Positions 1 through 14,099 are shown, numbered from the whole stretch's first letter. The stretch: DNA of 60,905 bases, filler included, from Jimgerdemannia flammicorona (GCA_003990765.1; 3 parts of 3 records of this genome joined end to end with filler, not necessarily neighbours in it); one strand, 5' to 3'. The notes: a model not told the origin generated them from the sequence alone. A program made the numbers and translations.

Positions 1-290
1 TTTTTTTTTTTATAGTCACTTGGACTTGTCCTTTATTACACCCATCTATCCTATATAAATACAATACACCCACCCCCTATCCAATCCCCCTAGGGGGGTC
101 TCTCCCTCCTACCTCTTCTCAATGAAGCACTACTCTATCGAATACAATTCCCACCCTCCCACTACTCTGTTCATATATCCTTGTCACCAAACCATGCTGC
201 CACCCCCCTGAGAGACCCCAACCTATCCACCATCCAGTCAACAGATCCCCCAACAGCTCCTCCCACCTTACAACCTTCTCCTGCAGGTAG
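1..290 (-). mobile_element. 3' end (about 290 bp with poly(A)) of an L1/Tx1-like LINE
   Basis: Poly(T)+ATAGTCACTTGGACTTGTCCTTTATTAC is the reverse complement of the 3' terminus of the + strand LINE (GTAATAAAGGAAAGTCCAAGTAACTAT-An, 5731-5786); similarity continues to about 290. Confidence 0.85.
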
Positions 291-3200
291 GTCAACCTTT
301 GCTGATAAGGTCAAAATAGGGAGAATGGCCTCTGGTCTGAATGGTTGGCTGGGCTGGGGGAAGGCATTGATGGCTGCTGCTGCGGGATAGGAAGGAGTGC
401 CCAGGAGAGTGTCTGGTGGTAGGGGAGGGGGGGGAGTAGGGGCTAGAGATGTGACTGTTGATGGGGCTGTATCTCTGAGAATCTGGCAAAAAATCCAGAT
501 GTGATGGCAGTTGCTGATTCAGAACAGGGGGTGGGCATGAGGCCTGGAGATCTGGCAGATAGGGTGACTGGCATGGTGTCAGTACTGTTACTCAAGAAAT
601 TGAGGTCAGAATTCACCATCACAATGTGTTTCAGAGGCTTGGCAGTGACTGTAAGGATGATCTTGGGGCTGGTAGTGCAGGAGGTAAAAGGGGCAGCATT
701 GGTGAAGTTTTTGAAGGGGAAAGAAGGGGTCAAGGTGGGGTTTAAGAAAGAAGAAGCATTGCTGGTGGCCATAGAGTAGGGGGTAACAGTGGGCAGGGTT
801 GTGGTCCCTATGGCCAGGTGCATGTGCTGGAACCCTTGAGTGGTACAGCTGACAGTATTGTACTTCCTATAGTGTCGAAGGAGAGGGCTAGAGAGTTGAT
901 TGTAGAGGCAGTCAAGGAGTATGGAGAGATTGTGGATGTTGGGTTCAAGGTCTGGGAGGGTTTGGAGCTCTCTGAAAAGGAGAACATGGGGAAGTCGAGG
1001 GACTAGCCATCAACTCTGAAGTAGGGACCAGTGGAGTGCAAGGTCATGAGGGTGAAGGGGACTCTGGAAGAGGAGGAAGACTTGCTTGAAGCCCTGGAGG
1101 ACCTGGATGAAGTGGTCAAGAGGAGGAGATTGGCTTAGAAGGAGTATGAGGCCAGGACAGTGGTGGAAGTAGTAGATAGGAAGAGGGTCAGGATGGATTG
1201 GGTGGTCTGGGAGAAGATGCAGGGGAGGAAAATCCAGAAGGAGCTGCTGGCGAAGTTGGGCAGCAGTGAGGCAGGCAGCAGCCCAGGGGATGGGAAAGCA
1301 GGATTGCAGGAGAGTGCCTGGGCTGGGGGAAGTGGGATGGCCCAAGGTGGGGCACAGGATAGAGTGAGAGAGGAGAGAGTTGGCAGTGTGGAGGCAGATG
1401 CAGAAATGGGCAAAGGAGTACACCCTCAGTATTGTGTCCTGGGTGGAGCAGGGGGGAAGGAGGAGTTACTGGATATACCAGATGAGGAGTGGGATGAGTC
1501 AGTGAGGAGGAGCGCTTTTGTGGACCCAGAGGTGGGAGGTGGTCAGGTTGCCAAGGGTGTGGCTGAGGCAGTAGATGAGGAGAAGTAGCTGTGGAAGACT
1601 CTGGAAGGAGTGGCAGCAGAGGAGCTGGGGGGAGAGGATTTCCAGGTTATGGAAGAGAGGCATTGAGAGGAAATCCTTCAGGGTGAGTAGGTACTAAGGA
1701 AGGTGAGAAATGAGATCCTGGTGGTCTTTTTGGAATCAGTTGAATACCAAGTCGATGATCAGAGGGAGGAGGAACTTAGGGAGATTGTGAATGACCAGGC
1801 AGCATACTTGTGGGCTCGAGAAAGGGATTGGAGAAGTAGAGGGTGGTCTGCATAGAATATCAGTCAGAGATGGAGGTGGTGGATGGGGTGGAATCTCAGG
1901 AAATCTTGGAGGCATTGGATGCTCAGGCTGTCACAGAGGGAGATTTAGAAGCAGAGCAGTACTTGGATCTGGCTGGGGATGAGATGATATGGAATACTAG
2001 GCTGGGATCTCAAATTCAAACGTTTTTTCAATATGAATAGTACAACTAGAATTTTCTCTTTGAATATGAATGGGTTATGGGAGGTGGCTAGGAGGAAGTA
2101 CATATTTAAATAGCTAAAGGGACTGGATGTAGATCTCTTCTTACTGCAGGATGTCCATTATGAAGTAGATGTGGACTTATAGGATTGGGCTAAGGAATGG
2201 GGGGGGGCTGCAGTATGGATGGGGAGGGTGGGTATTCTTGTTCAAAAAGAGATAGGGGACATTGAGGACATTGGACATTAGGGGTCTCAGTTGGTGTGGA
2301 GAGTGTGGAAGAGGCCTGGATGGAGCCCATTGACAGTTGGGTCGTGCTTCTGCCCAGTAGAGAGAGGGGAACAGGTATATTGGATTTGCAGTTTGAAAGA
2401 GGCAGGTGTCTTGGGTGAGGTTCGGTTGGACTGCCTGGGGAGTGACTTCAACATAGTATGAGATAAGGAGATGGACAGGACAGATGGAGGAAGAGGAATG
2501 AGGTGCTAGAGTGGTAGATTGGATGACTGGCTGGAGGTAGAGAGGCTGAGTTCTTTAGTTGATTAAGGGAGACAGTTTTGGGATGATCATCGAATTTATA
2601 CTCACTGGGCAGCAGAGCTGGGCTCCAGGATTGACTGGATATTGATGGTGGATTGCTGGAGAGTGGATGTCTAAATGATGCTGGAGGTGGTTTGGTGTCC
2701 ATGGTCAGATCACTGGGGTCTGTTAGGAGAGGGGAGGTTTGGGGGAAGTGGGGATGGGCCTGGATATTGGTGACTCAATTCTTCTTTATTGGAGGATGAG
2801 GTTTTGTGGGCAGAATGGGAAAGGGAGATTATTGGGAATATGGGAGATAGCAGGACCAGGGCCTGGTGATTGAGGACTGCTGGAGGAGGCTGAAGGCAAG
2901 TGCTCAGGGGTTTTGGAGGGAAGTAGAGAAAGGAAGATGTGCCCAATGATTGCAGAGGGTACTATAGGCCTCACAGTATTTGGTAGTGCTCATGGGGAGA
3001 TGGGCAGGGATGCTGGAAGATTGGGAGATGACTAACTGGCATATTGTGAGGATTTAGAAGGAAGTTGAGGAGCTTAAGGAAGTGTTATGAAGAGAGGAGG
3101 AGGTTAGGCTAGGAGATGGTGGTATGGTTGCAGTGGTAGGGGCTTGAGGAGGGGGAGAGACCTACTCAGTTTTTATTGCAGATGTTACAAGCATGATAAA

Positions 3201-5754
3201 TGAAGCAGCAGTAGGATGGAGTCCTGGGTGTGGATGGGGAGATGGTGGTGGGCACTCTAGCTATTCTGGGATTACTGAGGACCCATTGGGAGGATCTGTA
3301 GAGCAAGAAGGAAGGGGGGGAGGATGCTTTGAACATTGAGAGGCAGCTTGGGGATTGGCATCTGGACCCTGCTTTGGGCCTGGGGACTTTGGGGGGACCT
3401 GGTGAGGGGGGAGGAAATTTGCAAGGTTTTGGCTATGATGAGTAAGGGGATGGCTCTGAGGGAGGATGGTCTTTCCTGGGACTTTTGGAAGAAGATGGCT
3501 GGGGTGGGCGAGGTGTTGAAGGAAATGACAGATATGTATGATGAGGTTCTTCAGTCTGAAACTTGGATTGGGGACCAGTACCTAGGGCTGGTCTCCTTGC
3601 TCTACAAGAATAAGGAGAGATGGGAAGATTGGAAGAACTGGTGGCCAATTATGCTACTTGACATGGACTGCAAACTGGTGACAAAGATACTAGTGATGAG
3701 GCTGTAGGGAATTGCTCAGCAAGTGCTTGGTGTGGAGCAATGAGGATTTGTTGGTGGTCAGTTGATCCATGATGGGATGGCTTGGGTATATGGCATGATT
3801 GAAGGGGCCTAGGCTGCAGAAGTGGATGGCCAGTTAGTCTTCTTGGATCAGGAGAAGGTATATGATAGAGTGAGGAGGATCTGGTTAGCAGAAGTGTTGA
3901 AATGGATTAGTGTTCCCCTGGGGTTCTCAGGTCATTGATCAGTCTTTCAGAAAACAGTCAGGCAGTATTGGTAGTCAATGGCCACAGGGGGGTGACCTTT
4001 CCTCTTAGTCGTAGGGTGCCACAAGGTGATCCTTTGTCACCCATCTTATATGCCCTCTCCCTGGAGCCCCTACTGGACAGGATTCAGCATTGAATTGGGG
4101 GATTGGACATTCTAGGGATAAATTGAAAGGTGGGGGCCTTTGTAAATAATATAGTGGTTGGACTGGGCTCATTGGCAGATGTGGGGGAATTACGAAGGTC
4201 TGTTGAATGGTATGAGAGGGGATCTGGTGCTAAACTCAATTGGCACAAATGTGAGACTCTGGTGCTAGGTAGTGGAATTGTTGATGGTGATGTGATTTGG
4301 ACAGTGGAGCTAGCAGGAGAGCCAGTGTATTACTTGGGGATCTACTTCTTGGTGTTTGGGTCACTTCTCCCCTGTGTATAGTGGGACCAACAACTTCTGG
4401 AGTGGGGAAATGTACTTTTGCAATGGGGTGGTTGGCATATATCCTTGGCAGGAAGGGTGATGGTGCTGAATGTGTATTGGCTGCCGAAGTTGTGGTATGT
4501 GGAGTATCATCTGGACTTCCTGGCTTGAGTGGTCAGGGGGCTGTTGAAGATGATGAGATTGTGGATCTGGGGAGGGCAGCGAAGTCAGATAGGTTGGGAG
4601 GTTCTTACCCCATCAGTGGAAAGAGGTGGGCTGGGTTTAGTGGACTTTACCAAACAGCTTCATTGCTTGAGAGCCTGGTGGCTGAGGAGGGCGAGTGAGT
4701 TGAGGGGCCAGGAGTGGGTACCACTCATGCAGAAGGTGTGGGAGACCCAGTATTCCCCTTATAGAGCTTCTGGTGACCTGCTTGTGATGGTGGCCATGGA
4801 TGGGAGCAAGAGGATGTGGTATAGGGGCTTTTGGTGGAGGGTGGTGGATGGTGCTAAGAGAATTGGACTCTAGTGGTGAGGTGAGGAAGGAGAGGAGGAT
4901 TGGGGACCATGGATGTGGCAATGGGACAGGCTACTGCTGGGTGGTGCTTTGGTGGAGAACTTCCAGCTTAGTGATGGTATGGAGTATATACAGGGCTTGA
5001 GTGGCAATCTTTGGCCTGAAGCCTGGCAGAGGGTTGGTATTGGCAAGAAGTGAGACTGGAATGGTCTCTGGCTTTGGAGCAAGTGGGTGATGCAGTGGCT
5101 GCCCCCCAAGTTCTGAGTGGTATGGTGGCGAGTTCTATGGCTGAATGTGATGTTGAATTATAAGTCTGGGCACTTGGTGGCTGGTGGCATGTTTGAGTGT
5201 GAGGAATGTTTCAATGTTGGACAGGAAGGGGGAGTGATACAAATGTCTGAACATTGGCTTAGTGAGTGTGATATTTTGGGGGTATTTTGGTAGCATATCA
5301 TGGACCAGTTAGGGCTATAAGCCCTGGAGGGAGGGGAAGGGGGGAGATGGGGAGAGCTCCACCAAAGGCTGGTTGGAGGGGTTGGAGATGAATGGCTGAC
5401 CCTCAGTTGAGCTCTGGCCATATGGGTTGGGATGGCTGGGCATTGGGTACATGTATTTGAGGAGGGCTGGCAGGTTGGTGTTGGAGATAGGGTGGTACAT
5501 TGGGAATGGTTATTACTGGACATTTTGAATGGCTGATGGTGAGGGTGGGGGCTAGGTGGGGGGAGTCACAGGGGTTTGATATAGTGTATCTCCAGGAAAA
5601 GTGGCAGGAGGATTTGGGTGGTGGGCGAATGGGTTGTCCTCTAGCAGAGGGGCATAGAGGGGGGAGGAGTAGATCTGAGGGGTATTGGTTGAAGGGATGG
5701 GGTGATATTGTATTATTATTATAGATAGCAGTAATAAAGGAAAGTCCAAGTAAC

Positions 5755-5786
<32 letters not shown>
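291..5786 (+). mobile_element. Degenerate L1/Tx1-clade non-LTR retrotransposon (ORF1 remnant, APE endonuclease, RT, poly(A))
   Basis: ORF2 fragments carry APE-like IFSLNMNGL and LLLQDVH (about 2050-2160), RT motifs KNWWPIMLLDMDCKLVTKIL, FLDQEKVYDRV, PQGDPLSPILYALSLEPLL and GGLGL; AATAAA and poly(A) at 5758-5786; many stops from C-to-T/G-to-A changes. Confidence 0.9.
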
Positions 5787-5788
<2 letters not shown>

Positions 5789-5938
5789 TACAGTAGGAAT
5801 GGAATGGCAGTATGGATATAGTCAGATATAGTAGGAACAGAACACCCAGATACAGATATAGCCAGATACAGCAGGAACAGAATACCCAGATACAGATATG
5901 GCCAGATACAGCAGGAACAGAATCCCCAGATACAGATC
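5787..5938 (+). repeat. About 40-bp tandem repeat, about 3.8 copies (GATACAGCAGGAACAGAATACCCAGATACAGATATGGCCA)
   Basis: Visible directly after the LINE poly(A). Confidence 0.8.
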
Positions 5939-6759
5939 ATAGATTTAATTTCATGATGTGATAAATAAGAGCTTCTGGTGGGGAGTAGTTTATGGGATAC
6001 ACTATATCAGAATCACTGACAGGAGGATGAAAGAGAGATGCCTTGGGGCCTGGTAATATGGAGATGAGATCAAGTGTTATTGGGGGGTACTCTCCCCATT
6101 GACTTCAATATTAGTGATGAGGTTGAGTGCCAGAGGGAGCTGGGCCAGAATATATGACCTAGTGGTTGACAGATGACAGATATTGGTGAGAAGTGGGACT
6201 AGAATAGAGTTTGGGCCTAGAGAGTAGAGATAAGATAATGGCTGCTGCCTAAGTACTGGGTGGTCTAGTTGTGTATGCTGCAGAGAAATATCATACTCAA
6301 CTTTTTCTCAGGCCATCTGGTGGAGGGAGAAAGCTTTGACTGTGAGGAGTATTATAATATAGGACAGGAGGGGGGTTTAGAACAGATACCAGAACATTGG
6401 CTAAGAGAGTGTAAGATAATTAGTAACTTTTGGTTAGTAGTTGGAAATCAATTTGGTGTTGTGAGAAGGAGGGATGGTGAGAGGGGTCAATGAGAGAATC
6501 TGAGGGATAGACTGATGGGGGGGGTTGGTAAGGAGTGGCTCACTATAAGTTGGGTGTTGGCTGTATAGATGGGGTTAGCAGCATACTGGTTGTTTGTTTA
6601 TGAGAAAGAGAGGTATTTGGGTTAGAGAGAGTAGCTGGTGAGGTTGGAAGGGTTGATGGAGGATGTCTTGACAGGTTGGTGCTGGGATGGGATCTGCAGA
6701 GAGGTTGGCAGTATTGTTTGGTAGAGAAAATTTATGAGCAGAGTAGGGGAAGGGTTGAA

Positions 6760-8400
6760 GTAGTGCTTCTCACCCTGGAGAATTTCCTCCCAGTATATTG
6801 CCCATAATCTGGAGGTCCTCCCCCCCCAGCTTCTTGGCTGCCACCCCCTCCAGAGTCTTTCACAGCTACTTCCCCTTGTTCACTGCCTCTGCAACACCCT
6901 GGGTGACCCCTTCGACCCCCACCACAGGGTCAACCAAAGTGGTCCTCCTCACTGACTCATCCCACTCCTCCTCCAGTACATTCTGTAGTTCCTTCTCACC
7001 ACCTGCCCCACATGGGACATTATACCAAGGGCATACTTCCTCACCCATTTCAGCATCCTCCACCACACTGCCCTGTCCCTCCTCACTTGAACCACCTTGG
7101 GCCATACTCTGAGCCATCCTGCACTCCCTAGTCCAGGCTCTCTTGCTCAATCCTACACTACCTTCTCCTATACCACTGCCTGCCCCACCCCCACCCATCT
7201 TCTCCAGCAGCTCCTTCTGGATTCACCTCCCCTGCATCTTCTCCCAGATCAACTGGTCTATTCTGATCCTCTTTCCATTCACAATCTCCACCACTGTCTT
7301 GGCTTCATACTTCTTCCACACCAATCTTCTCCTCTCTACTACTCCTGCCAGATTCTCAAGAGTCTCCAGTAAGTCCTTCTCCTCCTCTGGTATCCCTTTC
7401 ACCTGTAAGACCCTGCATTCAACCTCTCCACTTGAGAGTCGCCAGCCAGTCCCTCATCTTCCCTATATTCTTCTTCCCAGCCAGCCTCACCCTGATATCA
7501 ACATCTCCTGTCCAGAGTTCTGTACCCTCCCAGACTCAGAACCTGATATCTATGATCTCCCCATACTCCTTGACCACCTTCACAATCAGCTCCCTGGCCC
7601 TCTCCCTCAATACTATAGGAAGATCCAACATCATCAACTGGATCACTTAGGGGTCTCAGTGTATACACCTTACTATAGGAACCACTACTCTGCCCACTAC
7701 TACCCCTTTCTCTACAGCCTCCAACAATAGTGCCTCTTTCTCAAAATCAATCTTGATCTCTTCCTTCCCCTTCAAGAACTTAACTGAAGCTGCCCCCTTC
7801 ACCTTCTGTGCCACCAGCCTTAAGATTATTATCACAGTCACTACCAAGCCTTGGAAGTACAACATGATGATAAATTCTGACCTTGACTTCTTGAGTAATG
7901 GTGCTGATACTATGCCAGTCATGCCATCTGCCAGGTCCCCAGACCTCATGCCCTCCCTCTGTCCTGATCCACCAACAACCATCATATCTAGATTTTTTTC
8001 CAGATCCCCAGTTACAGTACCATCAGTAGTCACATCCTAGCCCCTACTCCCCCTCCCACCCTACCACCCAACCCTCCCATGGGAGCCCCTCTCTGTCCCA
8101 CAGCTGAAGCTATCAATGTCTTCCCCAGTCCCAACCAACTATCCAGACCAGATGCCATCCTCCCATCTTGACCTTATTAGTAAAGATTGTCCTCTCCCCT
8201 CCTTGTTGCCTCAATCCGCCCCTCCCTCCACCACCATTGCCACAGCCCATCATAGGAGGCTCTGGTATCCCGAAACCATCTTCCTGCCTCCTCTTGACAT
8301 ACTGCCAGTTGAAGGCACTGCTGCTCCCCTGGCTGGCATGCTCACCAGAATGCTCATTGCTGTCTATATTGCTATTCTTCTTTCACCAAAAACATTGCAG
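6760..8400 (-). mobile_element. LINE 5'/ORF1 fragment of the same family as 291-5786
   Basis: ORFs 6866-7198(-) and 7656-8033(-) align by eye with + strand ORFs 1160-1588 and 501-779 (EEWDESVRR, GAASVKFLKGKE). Confidence 0.85.
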
Positions 8401-8439
8401 AAAGTATTGTCTAAGTCTTGTGTCACCTGAATATTACTG

Positions 8440-11400
8440 GTGAAAGGTGCCTTATCTACTATCTATACCACTGCTAAGTATTCAAGCTTGCATGACTCCT
8501 AGTTCTGTTCTGCTCCATGGATACCTTGGCTTGCATAGAAGATGACATATTTATATCTATCTTTCTTCTGAGCTAGTACTGCTCTAAGTCCTATAGTACT
8601 TAAATCTGTCTGCAGGATGAACTCTAGGTTCCAATCTGGTCTTCTGAGAATAGATGCTTGGGTCAACTTGGTCTTGAGTTCATTGAAGGTTTCTTGATAT
8701 TCCTTGGTCCATTCAAACTTAATCTCCTTCTTCAGTAGTTCATAGTTATATACTATAATGTTAGAGTATCTATTGATAAATCTTCTATAGTAGGAGGTCA
8801 GTCTGAGGGAGGCATGTACTTCTGTAGTTGTTCTGGACCTTGGATAGGCTATAATAGCCTCAATCTTCATAGAGTCTATATAAATTCCAGTCTGGTTGAT
8901 AATGTGTCCAAGGTAAGTGATTTCTTAAGCTATAAACTTGTACTTCTTGGGCTTGTTTAGAGGTCATGCTCCTTGAGCTTCCTGAGAGCTAGCTATATAT
9001 GGTTAATATGATCCCATATAGTATTTCTGAAGATGATTACATCATCAACATAGACAAAGAGCTATTTTCCAATTTCATTACTGAAGACACTATTCATCAT
9101 TCACTGAAAACTTACTAGGGCATTGCACATTCTAAATGGTATTCATAGGTAAACATAGGTAGCATTAGGTATGATGAAGGCTAATTTCTCACTGGCATCT
9201 TGAGTGGGACCAATCTGAATCAAGCCTGAGAACAGATCCAAGGTAGTGTAGTATTTTGCTTTACTTCTAATAGTGGTAAGGATTTCTTAAAAATTTGGCA
9301 AGAGCTGTCTATCCTTCTTAGTAATTGCATTGAGCTTCCTGTAATCAATACAGAGTCTTGGGGCAAATTCTCCAGACTTGCTTTCTTTCTTTGGAGCAAG
9401 GACAATAGGTAAAGCCCAGGGGCTGATATGTTGCTTAATGATACCAACTTCTTCTATTTCTTTGAGTTCTGCTTATAGCCATTCTCTGTAGTTAGGTGGT
9501 ATGGATCTGGCTTTCTGGTAGATGGGCTTAGTATCACCAGTATCAACTTCATAGTAGTACTTAGGTTCTTAATTTTGGATATCCCTGAAGTCTGTAGTAA
9601 GTACTCCTTTATTCTGGTACAAGATCTTGAGAAGTTGTTCTTCTAGGGGAAAGTTTTCTCTAATGGTATATGTATGCTTGTTCTGGTTCTTATCTTCTTA
9701 TGCTTGAGTTCAGTAATCTTGGTAACAGTATAGACTCCTCTTCCAGTAGATCTAAAGCCTTATTTTCCTCTCTTAGTCTTAATGAGTTCTATGGCTTCAA
9801 TGATCTTAGGCTTTTTAACTTCTTGGATCAGCATTTGGTCAATCCTGTCATACTTCTTGACTTTGAATGGAGTGGTGGAGTTGTAATTCCTGACTATAAG
9901 AAAGATCTTACCAATGTAATCAGAGTCAATAACTCCTCCTTCAACTGAGATTTTGCTCTTGATCAGACTACTCCTGGTCTTGATAATTCTAGTATGGTTT
10001 TTTGAACTTGACTCCAATTCTAGTGCCAAGTAGAGTGGTGATTTGTGGTTGAAGGATAGTATCTTGGATGCTAGCAAGGTCTATTCCTATGACTCCTTCA
10101 GTCTTATATTCTAGGATCTTGGCTTTGGGGTAAAACTTCTTAACCTTGAGAGTGATGTCTTGTTCTTGTTTCTCCTCATCATCACTATCAGCTTGAAGCT
10201 CTGGGAACTGGTCCTTTTTTGCTTCAGCTGTTTCTTACTCATACCTTTATTGAAAGATTTTCTGACTTCACTGATACAGGACCAGCTGTCATTTATATAT
10301 ATAGAGCAGTATATCCTAGCACTATAAGGATATCTTTCTTGAGGGGTATTGTCATCAATGATCTTATTCATCTGTAAGCATAGTTGTCTTGCTCTTGTTC
10401 TTGTATACTGAGTATATGAAGACTTCTATTTTGTCTTCATCTCCTTTCTCTATGTCTGGAATTACTACTTGTGGATATTGATAGAGACTCATACCTTTCT
10501 TTCTCTATAGTTGATTTACATCTTCTAGACATTGAGCTCAATGATAGCTTTGGCCTTATAAAGATGAGGATATTATAGTTACATAGTAGTACTTGTAATG
10601 ATTATATACTGAGATAGTAGCTCTTCTGTTCTTGATAGAGACTTCTTGGATCTTGTCTAGGAGGGTGGCTTATGTACCATCTACTGTAACATAGACTATT
10701 TTGGTAGATTCTTAAATATCCTAGCCTAGGTGGTCAATTGTCTTCTTACTTATAAGGCATCCTCTAGCACTAGTATCAATAATAGCATCAAAGATATAAT
10801 CTTCAATCTGACATTAAGTATAGGCTAAGATCTTGCACTAATCTTCAGATTCTTTACCTGAGTCTTCTTATTCATCTTTTTGTATATTGGGAGCTTCTAT
10901 GATATTATACTCTTAGTTCTTAATAGTGATTGCAAGTTCTGCTCTCAGCTGCTATCTGAAGGTGGAGACTTCTGTAGTTATCTCAAAGTAGTATTGATCT
11001 TCTGTTTCTTGTGATCCTTGTAGATATCATACTGATGGACCTTGGTCTTACACAGCTTCTGTCCTTTCTTACTTTCACTTTTATCTGAGACTGGAGTAGT
11101 ATCTCAATAATTTGGCAGGTAGCTTCATCTAACTCAATGTCTTGATCAATCTCCTCAGATTGGGTCTTACTTTGAATAGTGATAGCTGAGATCTTTTTTG
11201 GTCTTTCTACAGGCTTACTATTACTCTTCTTATCATAAGACTTGGACTGGGTTCTGGTATCTTCAGTAACAGAGTAGAATTTGGACTATTCATAGTATTT
11301 TTCATCATCAGTATTACCAATATTCTCAATGACTACTGTATTGGTTTGTTCTCTAGTTCTGGTAGTATTACTTAATGGACTCTATACCTTATTTCAGTTA

Positions 11401-13897
11401 TACAATTCTTTACATAGGGGTCTTCTTTTCTATATTGAAGCATATGATAGTACATTCTTCTATAGTAGCTATAAACTTCTATACTGATCTTCTGTTAGTA
11501 CTTTGTACTTTTCTAATAACATCACTAAGATATATAGTTATCTTGATCAACTGCTGGGTGAGTTCCTCCACTGAGTCAGCTTTGGCCATCTTAGAGATAG
11601 GTCAGAATAGTTGTCTATATTGAGAGCTATGGTGGGTATGATACTGATTGGCTTTGGTGACTCTATCCTGATACTAGTTATCCTTTCTATTGAGTGTTCA
11701 GTAGAGTGTCTAGTAGTCCAATATCTCTGTGCAAAGACCACTTTCTGGTCAAGGATCAGAGTAGCTAGGATAGACTAAATTGCTAGGGTGATTTTATAGT
11801 AGACTTCTTTTAGAGAGATTGAATCAGCTATCTGTTCCTTGAGGGCATTATCATAGCCAGCCGAGACAATCTGGTGTCAGATTTGGGTATAAAATGAGTT
11901 GGGGTCTTCATTGAGTCCTTGACAGATAGTGTTGAGTTGATCTTTAAGAGCTTACTTGATCTCTTCAATATAGTATATAGTTCTGAGAAAGTTCTTCATA
12001 TTGGTAAGTTTAGCTGCACTAGTGTTAACAATGGTGGCTGCATTGAACTTATCTCTAGCAGGTCCTCTGAGGCTGATAGATAGGAGAGTCAATTATGCTT
12101 CAACATTAAGAGCTCATATAGTGGTAAATTGTTCAAAGTCTTCAATAAAGGTCAAGATTGACTCTTTAATAGTAAATCTATAGAATGTGGTTAGATGTAT
12201 TTTATTTTATCTTGAATTCCTACATGGGTAACTCTTGTAGTTAGGGCAGTTATTGTGGTAGTTGTTTATTATTCAGCTTGAAAGTGAAAGATTTTAATAA
12301 TAACACTAGCCAATAGTTATCAAGTTTTCATATAGTAGACACTTAGTTCTCCAAGTACATCACATTCTCTTCAAGATATATCTCTTAGACCAACTATAGT
12401 TTCTTATAAGCAAGTTCTATCAGAGTACCTTCCTAAGGTCTTATAGTCTTCAAACTTCTTAACTTTAAACTATTCTATTGCCTCTTAGATTTACTTATAT
12501 GGAATTAAGTAGAAGACTGAAACTTTGTACTCTTGAGTAGTTGGATACTTGAATACCTGAGTGTTTTTAATACTGACTTTATTTCAAAGGAAATGAGAGG
12601 AATGTTTATACAAAATATAATTCAATAGTTGTTAAGATATAAAGCTAAATATAAAATCCAATAACCAAATAAGATATTTCAATACAAAAAACTTCAGGTT
12701 GTAAGTATAAATTTGAATACCCATATAATTGATTGTATAAGATCACAATACTGAAATAATTTCTGAGAGTTATATAAGGTCAGAATGTTGGAATATTCAA
12801 GTATTTAAACAAATAGTTATATAAACAAATTAGAGTAAAATATTCAAAATCCTGAGGGCTTTGTCATCTTCATTGCTGTCATCAAGGCTAGAGGTCAGGG
12901 ACAGGATGTCTTCAAAGGAAATAAGATCAGCAAATGTTTCTATTTTGTTCACTTTGTATGTGTCAATTAGTGGGATGATGTTATTTCTGGTGACATTATC
13001 TTGTTCAATAGTAGTGAGAAGAAGATCAGAGGCTCTCTAATCTATAACATTTTCCTCCACAAAGTAGAGGACAAAGGTGGGATCTTGAGGGAGTCTTACC
13101 TGGATACTGGGCCCTTGAAATACTGAGATTAATCTTTTCAGAAATTGATCTAGATTGTCCTTGAGAATGAGATTCCAGAACTCTTCTACCTTATTACTTT
13201 TGAGAGTAATAGTGGATTAGGCTTCTGTGGCCACAATAGCTTCTAGTGCATCTATGCAACAGACTAAAGTTTGAGACTCTGGTATTCTCCAAGTTGGAGA
13301 CTGACTAAGATGTATACCTGAAGACCTGGTAGATCTTTTTGGCTACTCTTAATTCACATATATCTATAGGAGTAGAATCTTGTACATATCTCTTAAAGAT
13401 GCCTGAGAGAATTATTGGCAGAGGAGGTTTCTTATTTCATATTTGAGCCACATCCAGAGGTATTTGGTAGTGGTAGTGATCATTGTCTCCATTTCATAGC
13501 AGTAGAGGTTAAAGTGGTAAGAGTCACCAGAGGCTAGAGATCTTTCTGGTTTGGGTTCTCATTGCTTTTCTGATATCTTGAAACATTCTTTCTTAGACTG
13601 GGAAGCCTTAGTGATTCCTGGATCTTACAGTTTGACAAGCAGTAGATATTTTGTTTATAGAGAGTCTTTGAACTATTACAGGATTTTGTAAGTTTTGGTG
13701 GATTTGCTACTACTATAGTTTCCTAGTCCTTCTTTTATATTCCTTGAGATATCTATCTTATGGTCATCAAGACTCATGGTTGGTCATCATTGCTCATCTT
13801 GTAGCCTGGGTGAGTTATGTCTTATGCTCTAATCTGGTGACTTATAAGGAAAGGCTGTCTCTTATGATCATGATACCATTCTGAGATCACTGTTACA
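8440..13897 (-). mobile_element. Degenerate Ty3/Gypsy LTR retrotransposon (gag-zinc knuckle-PR-dUTPase-RT-RNase H), truncated before integrase
   Basis: Protease FDAIIDTSA (about 10770-10795), dUTPase (9760-10080), RT VYVDD (about 9040-9055), RNase H YYRRFI...LTQASILRRPDWNLEFILQTD (8499-8870); candidate LTR start TGTAACAG at 13897. The outer boundary is uncertain. Confidence 0.8.
9760..10080 (-). pseudogene. dUTPase domain within Gypsy pol, between protease and RT
   Basis: TRSSL...ISVEGGVIDSDYIGKIFLIVRN...DRIDQMLI...KRG matches trimeric dUTPase motifs 2 (RSS), 3 (GVIDxDYxG), 4 (RIAQ) and the start of motif 5 (RG). Confidence 0.85.
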
Positions 13898-14099
13898 ATA
13901 GACAATAGTATGTAAAGAGTGAGTAAGCCTTTTAAAAGGTTCAAATTTCAAAAAAGGTTGAAAGGTTGAGTTTTTCAAAAAGATTGAGTTTTTTTTCAAA
14001 AAAGGTTAGATCTTTGAAAAAGGGTCAGGTTTTTGAAAAATAGTTATTTTATATTTTGAATAGTTGATTTTTCACTCTAGATATTGGCTATAATAATAG

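Noticed and set aside
5940..6760. G-rich decayed segment between LINE copies
   Set aside because: Probably another retroelement fragment, but no motif could be recognised, so it is left unannotated.
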